Of a DNA stretch of 64,000 bases, positions 48,030 to 58,155 are shown one piece after another. The notes under the pieces were generated by a model. That model made no database searches and was not told the origin of the DNA. It saw only the letters and a list, made by a program, of their open reading frames with translations. The position numbers were made by a program, and so were the translations under genes. How positions within the stretch are numbered: position 1 is the first letter of the stretch; every line of letters starts with the position of its first letter. This DNA is from an uncultured Chloroflexia bacterium (GTDB lineage Bacteria; Chloroflexota; Limnocylindria; Limnocylindrales; CSP1-4), in contig CAVQSY010000071.1 of the NCBI GenBank assembly GCA_963716025.1, forward strand, positions 16,643-80,642. The letters run 5' to 3'.

Positions 48030-48886
48030 TGGGCGCCGGAGGCGCGCGGGACCCGATCACGAGCGCCGCGAACCCGCGCGTCCGGGCGGCGCTCGAGCTG
48101 CGCTCGCGGCGGGGGCGCGAGCAGATTGGACGGCTGCTGGTCGACGGCCCTCGCGAGGTGGGACATGCCCTCGATGGCGGCGTAGAGGTCGTCGAGGTGT
48201 TCGTCGATGCCGCGGGGCCACGAGACGAGGAGAGCGCGACGGCGCGACGTCGCCTCGCGGCGCTGGGCGTCGAGGCCGTGTCCCTCGCCGGGCCCGCGCT
48301 CTCGAGGCTTGCCTACGGTGACCGGGCAAGCGACGTCGTCGCGGTCGTCGCGGCCCCACGCACGGACCTGGCGCGGCTGGACGCCGTGCTGGAAGGATCG
48401 CCGGAGCCGCTCGTGATCGTCGTCGAGGACGCCGAGAAGCCCGGAAACCTGGGGGCGATCGCGAGGAGCGCCGACGGGGCCGGCGTCGCCGCCCTCATCG
48501 CGGCGACGGGTCGCGGCCCGGCGGCGGACCCCTGGAACCCGAACGCCGTGCGAGCCAGCCTCGGGACCGTTCTCACCCTTCCGATCGCGGTGGCCGCGAC
48601 CGGCGAGGTGCTGGCCTGGCTGCGGGCACGAAGGCTCCGGCTTGTCGCCGCCCGGGTGCAGGCCGCCCTGCCGCACGATCGGGCGGACCTGTGCGGCCCG
48701 GTCGCGATCGTGGTCGGCAGCGAGGCCCGCGGCCTGGGCCCCGACTGGCTTGCGCCCGACGTCGTCGGGGTGCGTCTCCCGATGCTGGGACACGCGGACT
48801 CGCTGAACGTGGCGACCGCCGCCGGGATCCTGCTGTACGAGTCCCGCCGCCAACGGGATCTCGAACGCGCCGCCCGGCAGACCTGA
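48029..48886 (+). CDS. TrmH/SpoU family RNA methyltransferase
   Basis: ITSAANPRVR, EKPGNLGAIARSADGAG, VRASLG, VVGSEARGL, LPMLGHADSLNVATAAGILLYE. TGATG coupling. Confidence 0.9.
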   Translation: MGAGGARDPITSAANPRVRAALELRSRRGREQIGRLLVDGPREVGHALDGGVEVVEVFVDAAGPRDEESATARRRLAALGVEAVSLAGPALSRLAYGDRASDVVAVVAAPRTDLARLDAVLEGSPEPLVIVVEDAEKPGNLGAIARSADGAGVAALIAATGRGPAADPWNPNAVRASLGTVLTLPIAVAATGEVLAWLRARRLRLVAARVQAALPHDRADLCGPVAIVVGSEARGLGPDWLAPDVVGVRLPMLGHADSLNVATAAGILLYESRRQRDLERAARQT

Positions 48887-48935
48887 CGAGGAAGCTGGCC
48901 GGGGCCGGCCGCGACCTCGACCTATACTCCGGGGC

Positions 48936-50540
48936 ATGATCCCCCAGGCGCCGCCGCGCTCGCCCTCGCGCAGCCGCCGGGCGGCCACCATCGCGGCGCT
49001 CGTCGTGGCCGTCCTGGTCGGTGGCGCGGCCCTCGCGCTGCCCCGGACCGCGGCGGCGGAGCGGGGCGCCCGCATCTTCATGGGCGAGCCGGCGACGCTC
49101 GACCCGGCGGCCGCGGGGGATGCCGGCAGTGCCGCGGTCATTGCCCAGCTCTTCGAGGGCCTGGCCGCCATCGACCCGACGCGGACGGCGCGACCGGCCC
49201 TCGCCGAGCGCTGGGAGCTCGGGGCCGACGGTCGGTCGATCGTGTTCACCCTGCGTCCCGACCTCGTGTTCTCCGACGGCACGCCGCTCACGGCGGAGGA
49301 CGTCAGGCGCAGCTGGCTCCGCGTCATCGACCCCGCGACACCGTCGCCGCTCGCCTCGCTCCTCTTCGACGTCGAGGGAGCCCGGGAGTACGTGACCGGC
49401 CGGGGGACGGCGGACGGAGTGGCGATCCGCGCCGAGGGGCGGACCCTGGAGGTCAGCCTGTCGCGTCCGGCCGGCGACTTCCCTGCGGTCGTGGCCAGCC
49501 CGACGCTGGCGGTCGTCCCGCCGGGCGTGGGGCGGGACGCGGCGGCCCTGGCGCCCGGTGCGGCGTTCGTCGGGTCGGGCGCCTACCTGCTGGCCGCGAC
49601 GGAGGCGGACGGGCTGCGCCTCGCCGCGAACGACCGCTACTGGGCGGGCACACCGGCGATCGCGGACATCACCCTCGTGTCGGACATCGGCGGGCAGAGC
49701 CCGGTCGACGTCTTCTCGGCCGGCGACCTCGACTGGGCGCCGGTGGGCCCGTTCGACGCATCCTGGCTCGCCTTCGACCCGGACCTCGGGGCCAGCCTCC
49801 GAGAGTGGGCGGACCTGGCCGTCACCTACTACGGCTTCGAGACGCGGCGAGCGCCGTTCGACGACACTCGCGTGCGACGAGCCTTCGGCGAGGCCGTCGA
49901 CTGGACGCGGATCGCCGAGCTGGCGGACGGTGCGTCGGCCCTGCCGGCCACGTCGATGGTGCCACCGGGGATCCCAGGTCGAAGCGACGAGCGCTTCCTG
50001 CCGACCTTCGACCCCGTGAATGCCCGGCGACTCCTCGCGGATGCCGGGTATGCCGACCCGGCGTCCTTCCCGGTCGTCACCCTCGTGACCGGGGGCAGCG
50101 GCTACGACGAAGCCATCATCACCCAGCTCCGTGACAACCTGGGGGTCGACGTCCGTTTCGAGGCGCTCGAGTTCGGCACGCTCTTCGGGCGCCTCGGCAC
50201 CGAGGATTCGCCCGACATGTGGGCGCTCTCCTGGATCGCCGACTATCCCTCGCCGAACGACTTCCTGGGGATCCTCCTGGGCACCGGGCAGCCCAACAAC
50301 TACGGCGGCTGGTCGAGCACGGCGTTCGATGCCGCGATCGCGCGGGCCGTGGGCACCGACGATCCCGACGCCGCGAGGGCCGGGTACGACGCGGCCGAGA
50401 CGATCGTTCGCGACGAGGTCCCCGTCGTGCCGGTGAGCTACGGGACGTCTGCGGCGCTCGCGCGCGACGGCCTCCTGGGGGCGACGACGAACGGCCTCGG
50501 GATCCTGCGCCTCGCCGGTCTCGCCTGGGCCGACCAGTGA
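48936..50540 (+). CDS. Family 5 (peptide/nickel) ABC substrate-binding protein
   Basis: EPATLDPA, QLFEGL, PALAERWE, FSDGTPLTAEDVRRSW, PFDDTRVRRAF, WIADYPSPNDFL. TATACT lies 7 nt before the ATG. Confidence 0.9.
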   Translation: MIPQAPPRSPSRSRRAATIAALVVAVLVGGAALALPRTAAAERGARIFMGEPATLDPAAAGDAGSAAVIAQLFEGLAAIDPTRTARPALAERWELGADGRSIVFTLRPDLVFSDGTPLTAEDVRRSWLRVIDPATPSPLASLLFDVEGAREYVTGRGTADGVAIRAEGRTLEVSLSRPAGDFPAVVASPTLAVVPPGVGRDAAALAPGAAFVGSGAYLLAATEADGLRLAANDRYWAGTPAIADITLVSDIGGQSPVDVFSAGDLDWAPVGPFDASWLAFDPDLGASLREWADLAVTYYGFETRRAPFDDTRVRRAFGEAVDWTRIAELADGASALPATSMVPPGIPGRSDERFLPTFDPVNARRLLADAGYADPASFPVVTLVTGGSGYDEAIITQLRDNLGVDVRFEALEFGTLFGRLGTEDSPDMWALSWIADYPSPNDFLGILLGTGQPNNYGGWSSTAFDAAIARAVGTDDPDAARAGYDAAETIVRDEVPVVPVSYGTSAALARDGLLGATTNGLGILRLAGLAWADQ

Positions 50541-51916
50541 AGCGCCGAACCGCCGCTGCGCTCCTGGGCCTCCTCGGCCTCCTGCTCCTCCCGGCGCGGG
50601 TGGGTGCGGCGGCTCCCACGTTCGAGACCCCATCCGCCGAGGCGACGTTCGGGACCGGGATCGTCTTCAGCCAGGCCTTCACGAGCCCGGTGGCGCTGGC
50701 CCGCGTCGAGCTCCTCCTCGAGTACCCCGAGAGCCTGGGCCCCCTCGTCGTGGAGGTCGCCGGCGCCACGCCCGCCGGGCGGCGGGACGTGGTGCATCGG
50801 CGCTCGATCGCCGAGGATGGCCACATCGCCCCGAACACGCTGATCACGGCCCGCTGGCGCCTGGTGCCGGCAGACCGGTCGAGCACGCCCTCCGTGGGCC
50901 CACCGGTCCGTGTCGTGTACGCGGACACGCGCTTTGCCTGGCGCACGCTGAAGGGCCCGCTCGTGAGGATCCACTGGTACGAAGGGTCGGAAGCCTTCGG
51001 GCGGCGGGCGCTGGAGATCGGCGAGCGCGGGGTGCGCGAGGCATCCGACTTCCTGGGCGTGACCGAGACCGACCCCGTCGACTTCTTCGTGTATGCCGAC
51101 CAGGGGGCCTTCTACGACGCGCTCGGCCCGGGCACCCGGGAGAGCGTGGGCGGCCAGGCCCGGTCGGACATCCGGACGATGTTCGCGCTCATCGGCCCTG
51201 GCGACGTCACGGATCCCTGGGTCGGCATCGTCATTCCCCACGAGCTGACACACCTGGTCTTCGACACCGCCGTTCGCAACCCGTACCACTTCCCGCCTCG
51301 CTGGCTCAACGAGGGCGTTGCGAGGTACCTCTCCGAGGGGTACACGTCGTCCGACCGGTCGACAGTCGCGGCGGCTGCCGGGGCGGACCGCCTCATGCCT
51401 CTGAACGCACTCGGCGGACAGTTCCCGACCACCACGAGTCGCTTCTACCTGGCGTACGCCGAGAGCGCTTCCGCCGTCGACTTCCTCATCCGCGAGAAGG
51501 GCGCCGATGCCCTCGTGCGGCTCATCCGCGGGTACGCCGACGGCGTGACCGATGACGAGGCATTCATGGCTGCGATCGGCCTCGACCTCGCGGGCTTGGA
51601 GCAGGCTTGGCTCGACGACCTCGGCGCGGCTTCTCCCACGCGGTATGGTCCCCAGCCTGCGCCGGCGGGCGCGCTCCCGCCGAGCTGGGCGGACGGTGCC
51701 GGCCCGTCGCCCGCGGCCACGTCCGGCGCCGAGGGCTCTCCCGGGCCGGACGACACCGCGTCGCCGGCCCCTGCCGGGGGCGCCGCGACCGGGTCTCCGA
51801 TGGGACAGGGCGGCGTCCTCGTGCTGGTGGCGGCGTCCGGGTTGATCCTCGGCGGCGGGATCGCGTACGCGCGACGGCGCCGAAGCGGCGGATCGGCCGC
51901 CGGGCCAAGGCCATGA
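50537..51916 (+). CDS. Peptidase MA family metallohydrolase, secreted and C-terminally anchored
   Basis: Signal peptide, IPHELTH...PRWLNEGVA, LAYAES, Pro/Ala linker and C-terminal TM followed by RRRR. GTGA overlap. Confidence 0.85.
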   Translation: MKRRTAAALLGLLGLLLLPARVGAAAPTFETPSAEATFGTGIVFSQAFTSPVALARVELLLEYPESLGPLVVEVAGATPAGRRDVVHRRSIAEDGHIAPNTLITARWRLVPADRSSTPSVGPPVRVVYADTRFAWRTLKGPLVRIHWYEGSEAFGRRALEIGERGVREASDFLGVTETDPVDFFVYADQGAFYDALGPGTRESVGGQARSDIRTMFALIGPGDVTDPWVGIVIPHELTHLVFDTAVRNPYHFPPRWLNEGVARYLSEGYTSSDRSTVAAAAGADRLMPLNALGGQFPTTTSRFYLAYAESASAVDFLIREKGADALVRLIRGYADGVTDDEAFMAAIGLDLAGLEQAWLDDLGAASPTRYGPQPAPAGALPPSWADGAGPSPAATSGAEGSPGPDDTASPAPAGGAATGSPMGQGGVLVLVAASGLILGGGIAYARRRRSGGSAAGPRP

Positions 51917-52671
51917 GCACGCTCGGCTCCCGCGTCCGTTCCGTCCCTTCGTGGCAGATCACCCTGTTCCTCGCCCTCGTGGCGCTCGGGTTCCTCATCG
52001 CCGCGCAGGTGCGCAGCGAGGCGCCCCGGGTTCGCTACACGACCCAGGAGCGTCAGCCCCTCGTCCAGGCCGTGCTCACGCTCCAGACGCAGCAGGACGT
52101 TCTGAAGGAGCAGATCCTGGAGCTCCGCGGGCAGATCACGGCGGCCGAGGAGACAGCGGCCGGGAGCGACCTCCTCGTCCGGCAGCTGAACGACGCCCTC
52201 CTCGCCGCGCGCGTGGCGGCCGGGATCGTCGCCCTCGAGGGACCGGGGATCGTCCTGCAGCTCGAGGACTCTCAGGTCCCCGTGCCCCGAGACCAGCCCA
52301 GCGCCGAGTATCGCGTGACCGGCCGCGACGTCCGGACCGTCGTCGAGCAGCTCTCGCTCGCGGGAGCGGAGGCCGTGGCCGTCAACGGCGAACGGATCGT
52401 CTCGTCGACCGCGATCCTCGACATCGGCGGGACCGTGCTCGTCAACTCGGCGTACCTCGCGCCCCCCTACCAGATCAGTGCGATCGGGCCGTCCGACATG
52501 TACGACGTGCTCGCCGCGTCGCCGGGGTTCGTGGAGCTCATCCAGGCCCGCGCCGACCGCTTCGGCATCCGGTTCTCCTTCGCGGAGCCCGAGCGCGTGA
52601 TCGTGCCCGCATACGCCGGCTCGGTCACGCTCCGCTACGCGCGGCTGCCGGCGCCGAGCCCGGAGCCCTGA
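51913..52671 (+). CDS. DUF881 domain protein
   Basis: TM segment, coiled coil, AG-VALEGPGI-LQLED, AGAEAVAVNGERIV, PPYQISAIG. Confidence 0.88.
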   Translation: MSTLGSRVRSVPSWQITLFLALVALGFLIAAQVRSEAPRVRYTTQERQPLVQAVLTLQTQQDVLKEQILELRGQITAAEETAAGSDLLVRQLNDALLAARVAAGIVALEGPGIVLQLEDSQVPVPRDQPSAEYRVTGRDVRTVVEQLSLAGAEAVAVNGERIVSSTAILDIGGTVLVNSAYLAPPYQISAIGPSDMYDVLAASPGFVELIQARADRFGIRFSFAEPERVIVPAYAGSVTLRYARLPAPSPEP

Positions 52672-52673
52672 CG

Positions 52674-53348
52674 GTGCGCAGCTCGCGGAACCGGATCGCG
52701 GTCGGCGCCGTCGCCCTCCTCCTGGGGTTTCTCGGCGTCGTCCAGCTTCGCTCCCAGACGGCCGGCACGGGCCTGGAGCAGCAGTCGTCCCAGGGCCTGA
52801 CCCAGCTCATCACCAACCTGACCACGCGCAATGACCAGCTGCGCGCCGAGGCGTCGGACCTGCAACGGCAGATCACGTCGCTCGCCGCGGCAAGAGCCCG
52901 CGGCGAGACATCGGTCGGGCAGCTCCACGGTGATCTCGAGCGTGTCCGGGTATGGGCCGGGCTCGAGGTCGCGAGCGGCCCCGGGATCCGTGTCGTGATC
53001 GTGGGGGGGCCGCCGGCCCGCGGTATCTCGGACCTGCTGAACGAGCTGCGGAACGCCGGCGCCGAGGCGCTCGCCGTGGGCAGTGTGCGCGTCGTGGCCG
53101 CGACCGTCGTGGCGGGCTTTCCGGGGAGCCTCTCGGTCGAGAACGTGGCGCTGGGCCCGCGGATCGAGGTCCGTGCGATCGGGAACCCGGCCTCCCTCAC
53201 GGGGGCGCTCACCCGGGCTGGCGGGCTCGTGGCCCAGCTCGAGGCGAGCTACCCGGAGGTGTCCGTCGAGGTGACCCCGATCGACGCGATGGAGCTGCCG
53301 GCGACGGAGCGGACGCTCGTGCCGGCGATGGGTCGGCCGCGGCCGTAG
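52674..53348 (+). CDS. DUF881 domain protein (second paralog)
   Basis: TM segment, coiled coil, AGLEVASGPGI, LLNELRNAGAEALAV, VRAIGNP-SL-GAL-RAGG. Confidence 0.88.
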   Translation: MRSSRNRIAVGAVALLLGFLGVVQLRSQTAGTGLEQQSSQGLTQLITNLTTRNDQLRAEASDLQRQITSLAAARARGETSVGQLHGDLERVRVWAGLEVASGPGIRVVIVGGPPARGISDLLNELRNAGAEALAVGSVRVVAATVVAGFPGSLSVENVALGPRIEVRAIGNPASLTGALTRAGGLVAQLEASYPEVSVEVTPIDAMELPATERTLVPAMGRPRP

Positions 53349-53415
53349 CGGAGGGGGCCCCGGCGCCCGTCCATGGGGTGCTACCCTCGGCGGCGATGCC
53401 ATGCCGTCTATCCCC

Positions 53416-53628
53416 ATGAGCGGACCTGTCCCGTTTCGGGTAGGCGACCGCGTCGAGCTTCGCCGGCCCCACCCGTGCGGCAGCCGCACCTGGGACGTCG
53501 ACCGCCTCGGCGCCGACATCGGGCTTCGCTGCGTGGCGTGCGGACGTCACGTGCTCGTCGCACGCCGCGCCCTCGAACGCCGTCTGGTCGCGTTCGTCGA
53601 GCGGGGCCCCGCGGAGACGGAGCCATGA
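53416..53628 (+). CDS. DUF951 domain protein
   Basis: [43 protein letters not shown]. Start is 53401 or 53416. Confidence 0.88.
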   Translation: [70 protein letters not shown]

Positions 53629-55121
53629 CGGCACCCCGGGGCACGCTCCCCGCCGACCGCGCCGACGTGGTCGTGGGGGAGGAGGCACGGGCGATCGCCG
53701 TCTTCGCGAACCGGCCCTTCCTCCTCCTGTGGCTGTCGCAGGTCGCCACGCAGGTCGGCGGCAACATGGTCCTGTACGGCCTGACGGTGCTCGTCTACGG
53801 CGCAACCAGCTCCAACAGCGCCGTCTCGCTCCTGATCCTCACGTTCCTGACGCCCGCGGTCCTGTTCAGCGCCCTGGCCGGCGTCTACGTCGACCGGTTC
53901 GACCGCCGGGCCGTCCTCGTCGTCACGAACCTTGCCCGCGCCGGGCTCTTCGTCGCCCTTGCCGTATTCGACGCGAACATCGGGGTCGTCTTCGTCCTCA
54001 ACGCGATGATCTCGATCGCCACCACGTTCTTCGCGCCCGCCGAGCTCTCGATGATCCCGATCGTCGTGCCGCGCTCGCAGCTCACGGCGGCGAACGGCAT
54101 CTTCATGCTCACCCTCAACGCGGCCTTCGCCCTCGGCTTCACCGTCCTCGGGCCGCTCGTCGTCACGATCGCGAACCCGACGGTGCTCATCGTCATCGTC
54201 GCCGGGCTGTATCTCGTCGCAGCCGCGTTCTGCTGGACCCTGCCGCCCGCCCCTCCGGGGACCCGGCCCCACGACGCCGCGCTGCACGAGGCCGAGGAGG
54301 CGGTCGGCTCGTTCGTCCAGCAGTTCCGGGAGGGGATTGCGTACGTCCGGGCGCACCCGATCGTGCGCTGGGGTCTCACGTACCTCGGGATCTCCGCCTC
54401 CATCGTCGGCATCCTCGGGGTCCTGGGGCCCGGCTTTGCCGAGAACGTGCTCGGCCTGCGCCCGAAGGACTTCGTCGTGGTGGTCCTGCCGCTCGGCGTC
54501 GGCGTCGTGGCCGGGGCGATCCTGGTCAACGCCCTGCAGGGCGTGGTCCGGCGCCGGCGCCTCATCGAGACGGGTCTCCTGGTCCTCGGCGTCAGCCTTG
54601 CCCTCATCACGATCGCGGGACCCATCGCCCAGATCCTGCGTGACGTGAACGACGCGGTCCCCGGCCCCGACGTCTCGGCGTTCGTGAGCATCCTGACCGT
54701 CGTCATCGTCATCGCCTTCGTCGCGGGGGTCGCGTATGCGGCCATCGCGATCCCCGCCCAGACCGAGCTCCAGGCGGAGATCCCGCAGGCGGTCCGGGGG
54801 CGGGTGTTCGGGATCCTCAACATGCTGGTCTCGATCGGGAGCTTCCTCCCGATCATCGTCGTCGGTCCCATCTCGGACGCGATCGGCACGATGCCGGTCC
54901 TCCTGGTCGCGGCGAGCGGCATCTTCCTCGTCGGCCTCGTCTCCGTGCGGACGCGGAAATGGCCGGCGCGGGTGCGCCCCGCGAGGATCCCCGAGGAGCC
55001 GCTGGAGGCGGCGGCCGACGCGCCCGTCCCCGGCACGGCCGACGTGCCCGTCCCCGGCACGGCCGACGCGCCCGGCGGCACGGCCGACGCGCCCGCCGGC
55101 CCATCGCCAGATGAGCCGTGA
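53625..55121 (+). CDS. MFS transporter (12 TM) with a repetitive C-terminal tail
   Basis: FLLLWLSQ, AGVYVDRFDRR (motif A), FFAPAE, VRGRVFG; VPGTAD repeats near 55015-55095. Confidence 0.9.
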   Translation: MTAPRGTLPADRADVVVGEEARAIAVFANRPFLLLWLSQVATQVGGNMVLYGLTVLVYGATSSNSAVSLLILTFLTPAVLFSALAGVYVDRFDRRAVLVVTNLARAGLFVALAVFDANIGVVFVLNAMISIATTFFAPAELSMIPIVVPRSQLTAANGIFMLTLNAAFALGFTVLGPLVVTIANPTVLIVIVAGLYLVAAAFCWTLPPAPPGTRPHDAALHEAEEAVGSFVQQFREGIAYVRAHPIVRWGLTYLGISASIVGILGVLGPGFAENVLGLRPKDFVVVVLPLGVGVVAGAILVNALQGVVRRRRLIETGLLVLGVSLALITIAGPIAQILRDVNDAVPGPDVSAFVSILTVVIVIAFVAGVAYAAIAIPAQTELQAEIPQAVRGRVFGILNMLVSIGSFLPIIVVGPISDAIGTMPVLLVAASGIFLVGLVSVRTRKWPARVRPARIPEEPLEAAADAPVPGTADVPVPGTADAPGGTADAPAGPSPDEP

Positions 55122-56115
55122 GCCGGCTCCCGCGAGTGGCGGTCGTCTTCACGGGGGGGACCATCAGCATGACGGTCGACCCGGTCGCCGGGGGTGCGGT
55201 GCCCACCCTCGGCGGCGCCGAGCTGCTGGCGTCCGTGCCGGACCTCGCACGCCGCGCGGAGATCGTCCCGATCGACCTCGGGCGAACCCCCGCCAGCCAC
55301 TTCTCGTTCGCCAACGTGCTCGACATCCGGCGCGTCGTCGACGATGCGCTCGGCGACCCGCGGATCACCGGCGTCGTCGTGGTGCAGGGCACCGACACCC
55401 TCGAGGAGACCTCGTTCGCGTGGGACCTCTGCCATGCGGACCCGCGGCCGCTCGTCGTCACGGGGGCGATGCGCAACGCCACCGAAGCCGGCTGGACGGG
55501 CCCGCGAACCTGCTCGGCGCGGTGCGCGTGGCCGCGGCGCCGGCGGCGTACGGCGGGGGCGTCCTCGTGAGCCTCGCCGGCCGCGTTCACGCGGCCGATG
55601 CGGTGGCGAAGCGCCACGCCTCGGCCCTGGAGGCCTTCGCAACCCGCGAGGGTCGCCCCCTCGGACGGGTGGGCCACGGCGGCGTCCGGCTCCGCGCCCG
55701 TGGCGCCCGGCGGCGGCTTCCCGCTGTTCCCGCGGTCGCGGCCCTGCCGATCCCGATCGTGACAGCGGCGCTCGACACGGACGGCGCGCTCGTCCAGGCT
55801 GCCGTCCATGCCGGCTCGCGCGGGATCGTCATCGCGGCCACCGGGGCCGGCAACACCCACCCAGACGTGCTGCGGGCCGCCGTCGAGGCGCAGGCTCGCG
55901 GCGTCCCGGTCGCCCTCGCGAGCCGGACCGGCGCCGGGTCGGTGGGCCCGTTCTACGCATTCCCCGGGGGCGGGGCCACGTGGCTCGGCGCTGGGATCCT
56001 CTCGGCCGGTGCCCTGACGCCGGTGCAGGCGCGCGTGGCTCTCTCGCTCGCCCTGGGGTGCGGCCTCGCGGGCGCGGCGCTCGCGGAGCTCCTGGCGGGC
56101 GCGCCGGCAGGCTAG
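55118..56115 (+). CDS. L-asparaginase family protein (frameshift near 55497)
   Basis: VFTGGTISM, VQGTDTLEET, VVTGAMR; continues in another frame as DGPANL, K-HA...AF, ATGAGN, ASRTGAG. Confidence 0.88.
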
Positions 56116-56224
56116 CTCCGAGCACCCGCGCGGTCGGCGCCTTGGCCCGGGGGCGGGGGCCCGTGCCGGGCCCGGCGAGTGGCTATCCTGTGGGTGCCGA
56201 CTCGCCCCACGGAGGTTCACCCGG

Positions 56225-56561
56225 ATGTCGATGCCCGACGCGGCGCGCAAGAAGGACCTGAACAGGCGCCTCGAGACCGTCGAGCTGGGGCCTCTTCCTG
56301 ATCATGCTCGGGGGATTCGCCCTCGTGCGGGGCGTCCCGGAGGGCACCTGGCTGATCGGGGCCGGGGTGATCATGCTCGGGCTGAACGCTGCGCGCCTCC
56401 TCGCGGGGATCCGCGTGAGCTGGTTCACCCTCATCCTGGGGACGATCGCGCTCCTCTCCGGGCTCAGCAGCGTTCTCGGCGTGAACATCCCGGTCGGGCC
56501 GCTCCTCATCATCCTCATCGGCCTCGCGATCATCGTCCGAGCGCTCCAGCCGCGCTGGTAG
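56225..56561 (+). CDS. Small integral membrane protein (frameshift near 56282)
   Basis: GGAGG SD; RRLETV-SWGLFLIMLGG...WLIGAGVIMLGLNAAR...PLLIILIGLAII. Confidence 0.7.
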
Positions 56562-56641
56562 GCGCGGTCGCCGCCCCGCCGGTCGGCGCGCGAGCGACCG
56601 CAACTCCGCCATCGTCGGCACCCGGCGAGATCGGCCCCGCG

Positions 56642-56704
56642 GGCCACACCCAGCCGTCGACCGGCCGCACCCGGCCGTCGACCGGCCACACCCGGCCGTT
56701 GACC
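56642..56704. repeat. 21-bp tandem repeat, 3 copies
   Basis: GGCC(A/G)CACCC(A/G)GCCGT(C/T)GACC at 56642, 56663 and 56684. Confidence 0.8.
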
Positions 56705-56752
56705 CGCCGGGTCACCGCCGAGAGGCTGGACGCCCCGCCGATAATCGGGCAT

Positions 56753-57393
56753 GTGACCGAGGCGTATGCCCAAGAGCCTCCGCCGGCGACGGACGGTTCG
56801 CCGGCCGCCGGGGGGCGCGCTGCGGGGCGTGGGGCCGCGACGAGGGTCCGCCTCCTCGCCGCGGCGGCGCAGCTGATCGCCGAGCGCGGCTGGGGCGGGG
56901 TGACGACCCGCCTGGTGGCCCAGCGAGCCGGAGTGAACGGCGCGCTCGTGCACTACCACTTCGGCTCGATGGAGACGCTCCTCCGGGAGGCCGCCCTGGG
57001 GAGCCTGGTCCCGGGGACGGCCAGGGCGCTGGGGACGCCGGCGGACGCGCGCCCGCTCGAGGACGTGCTGGTCGGGGCCGGCGTCGGGCCTCGACCGATT
57101 CGACCTGGCTCCTGGCCGGGCCTCCTCGTGGCCGAGGTTCTGCTGCGGGCCACGCGCGACGCCGACCTCGCCCGGGCGATGGGGGAGGGGATCCGGGGGT
57201 ACCGACTCGCCCTGGAGGAGCGCCTGTCGGCCGCGGCCCAGCGGGGCGAGGTCCGCGACGACGTGCAGCCCGACGTGATCGCGATGGTCATCGCCGCGAC
57301 GCTCGACGGGCTGCTCCTGCAGCGCCTGGCCGATCCACACCTCGACTCGGCGGCCGTGGCGGCCGGCCTCGCCCGCCTGCTCGCCCGAAGGGA

Positions 57394-57397
<4 letters not shown>
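56753..57397 (+). CDS. TetR/AcrR family transcriptional regulator
   Basis: TRVRLLAAAAQLIAERGWGGVTTRLVAQRAGVNGALVHYHFGSME. GATAAT lies 7 nt before the GTG. Confidence 0.88.

Positions 57398-58148
<751 letters not shown>

Positions 58149-58155
<7 letters not shown>

Noticed and set aside
46103-48886. 927-aa fusion ORF ending in a TrmH domain (similarly 647 aa at 42726 and 390 aa at 56225)
   Set aside because: Open-frame run-on through other genes; the true starts are at 48029, 43758 and 56753.
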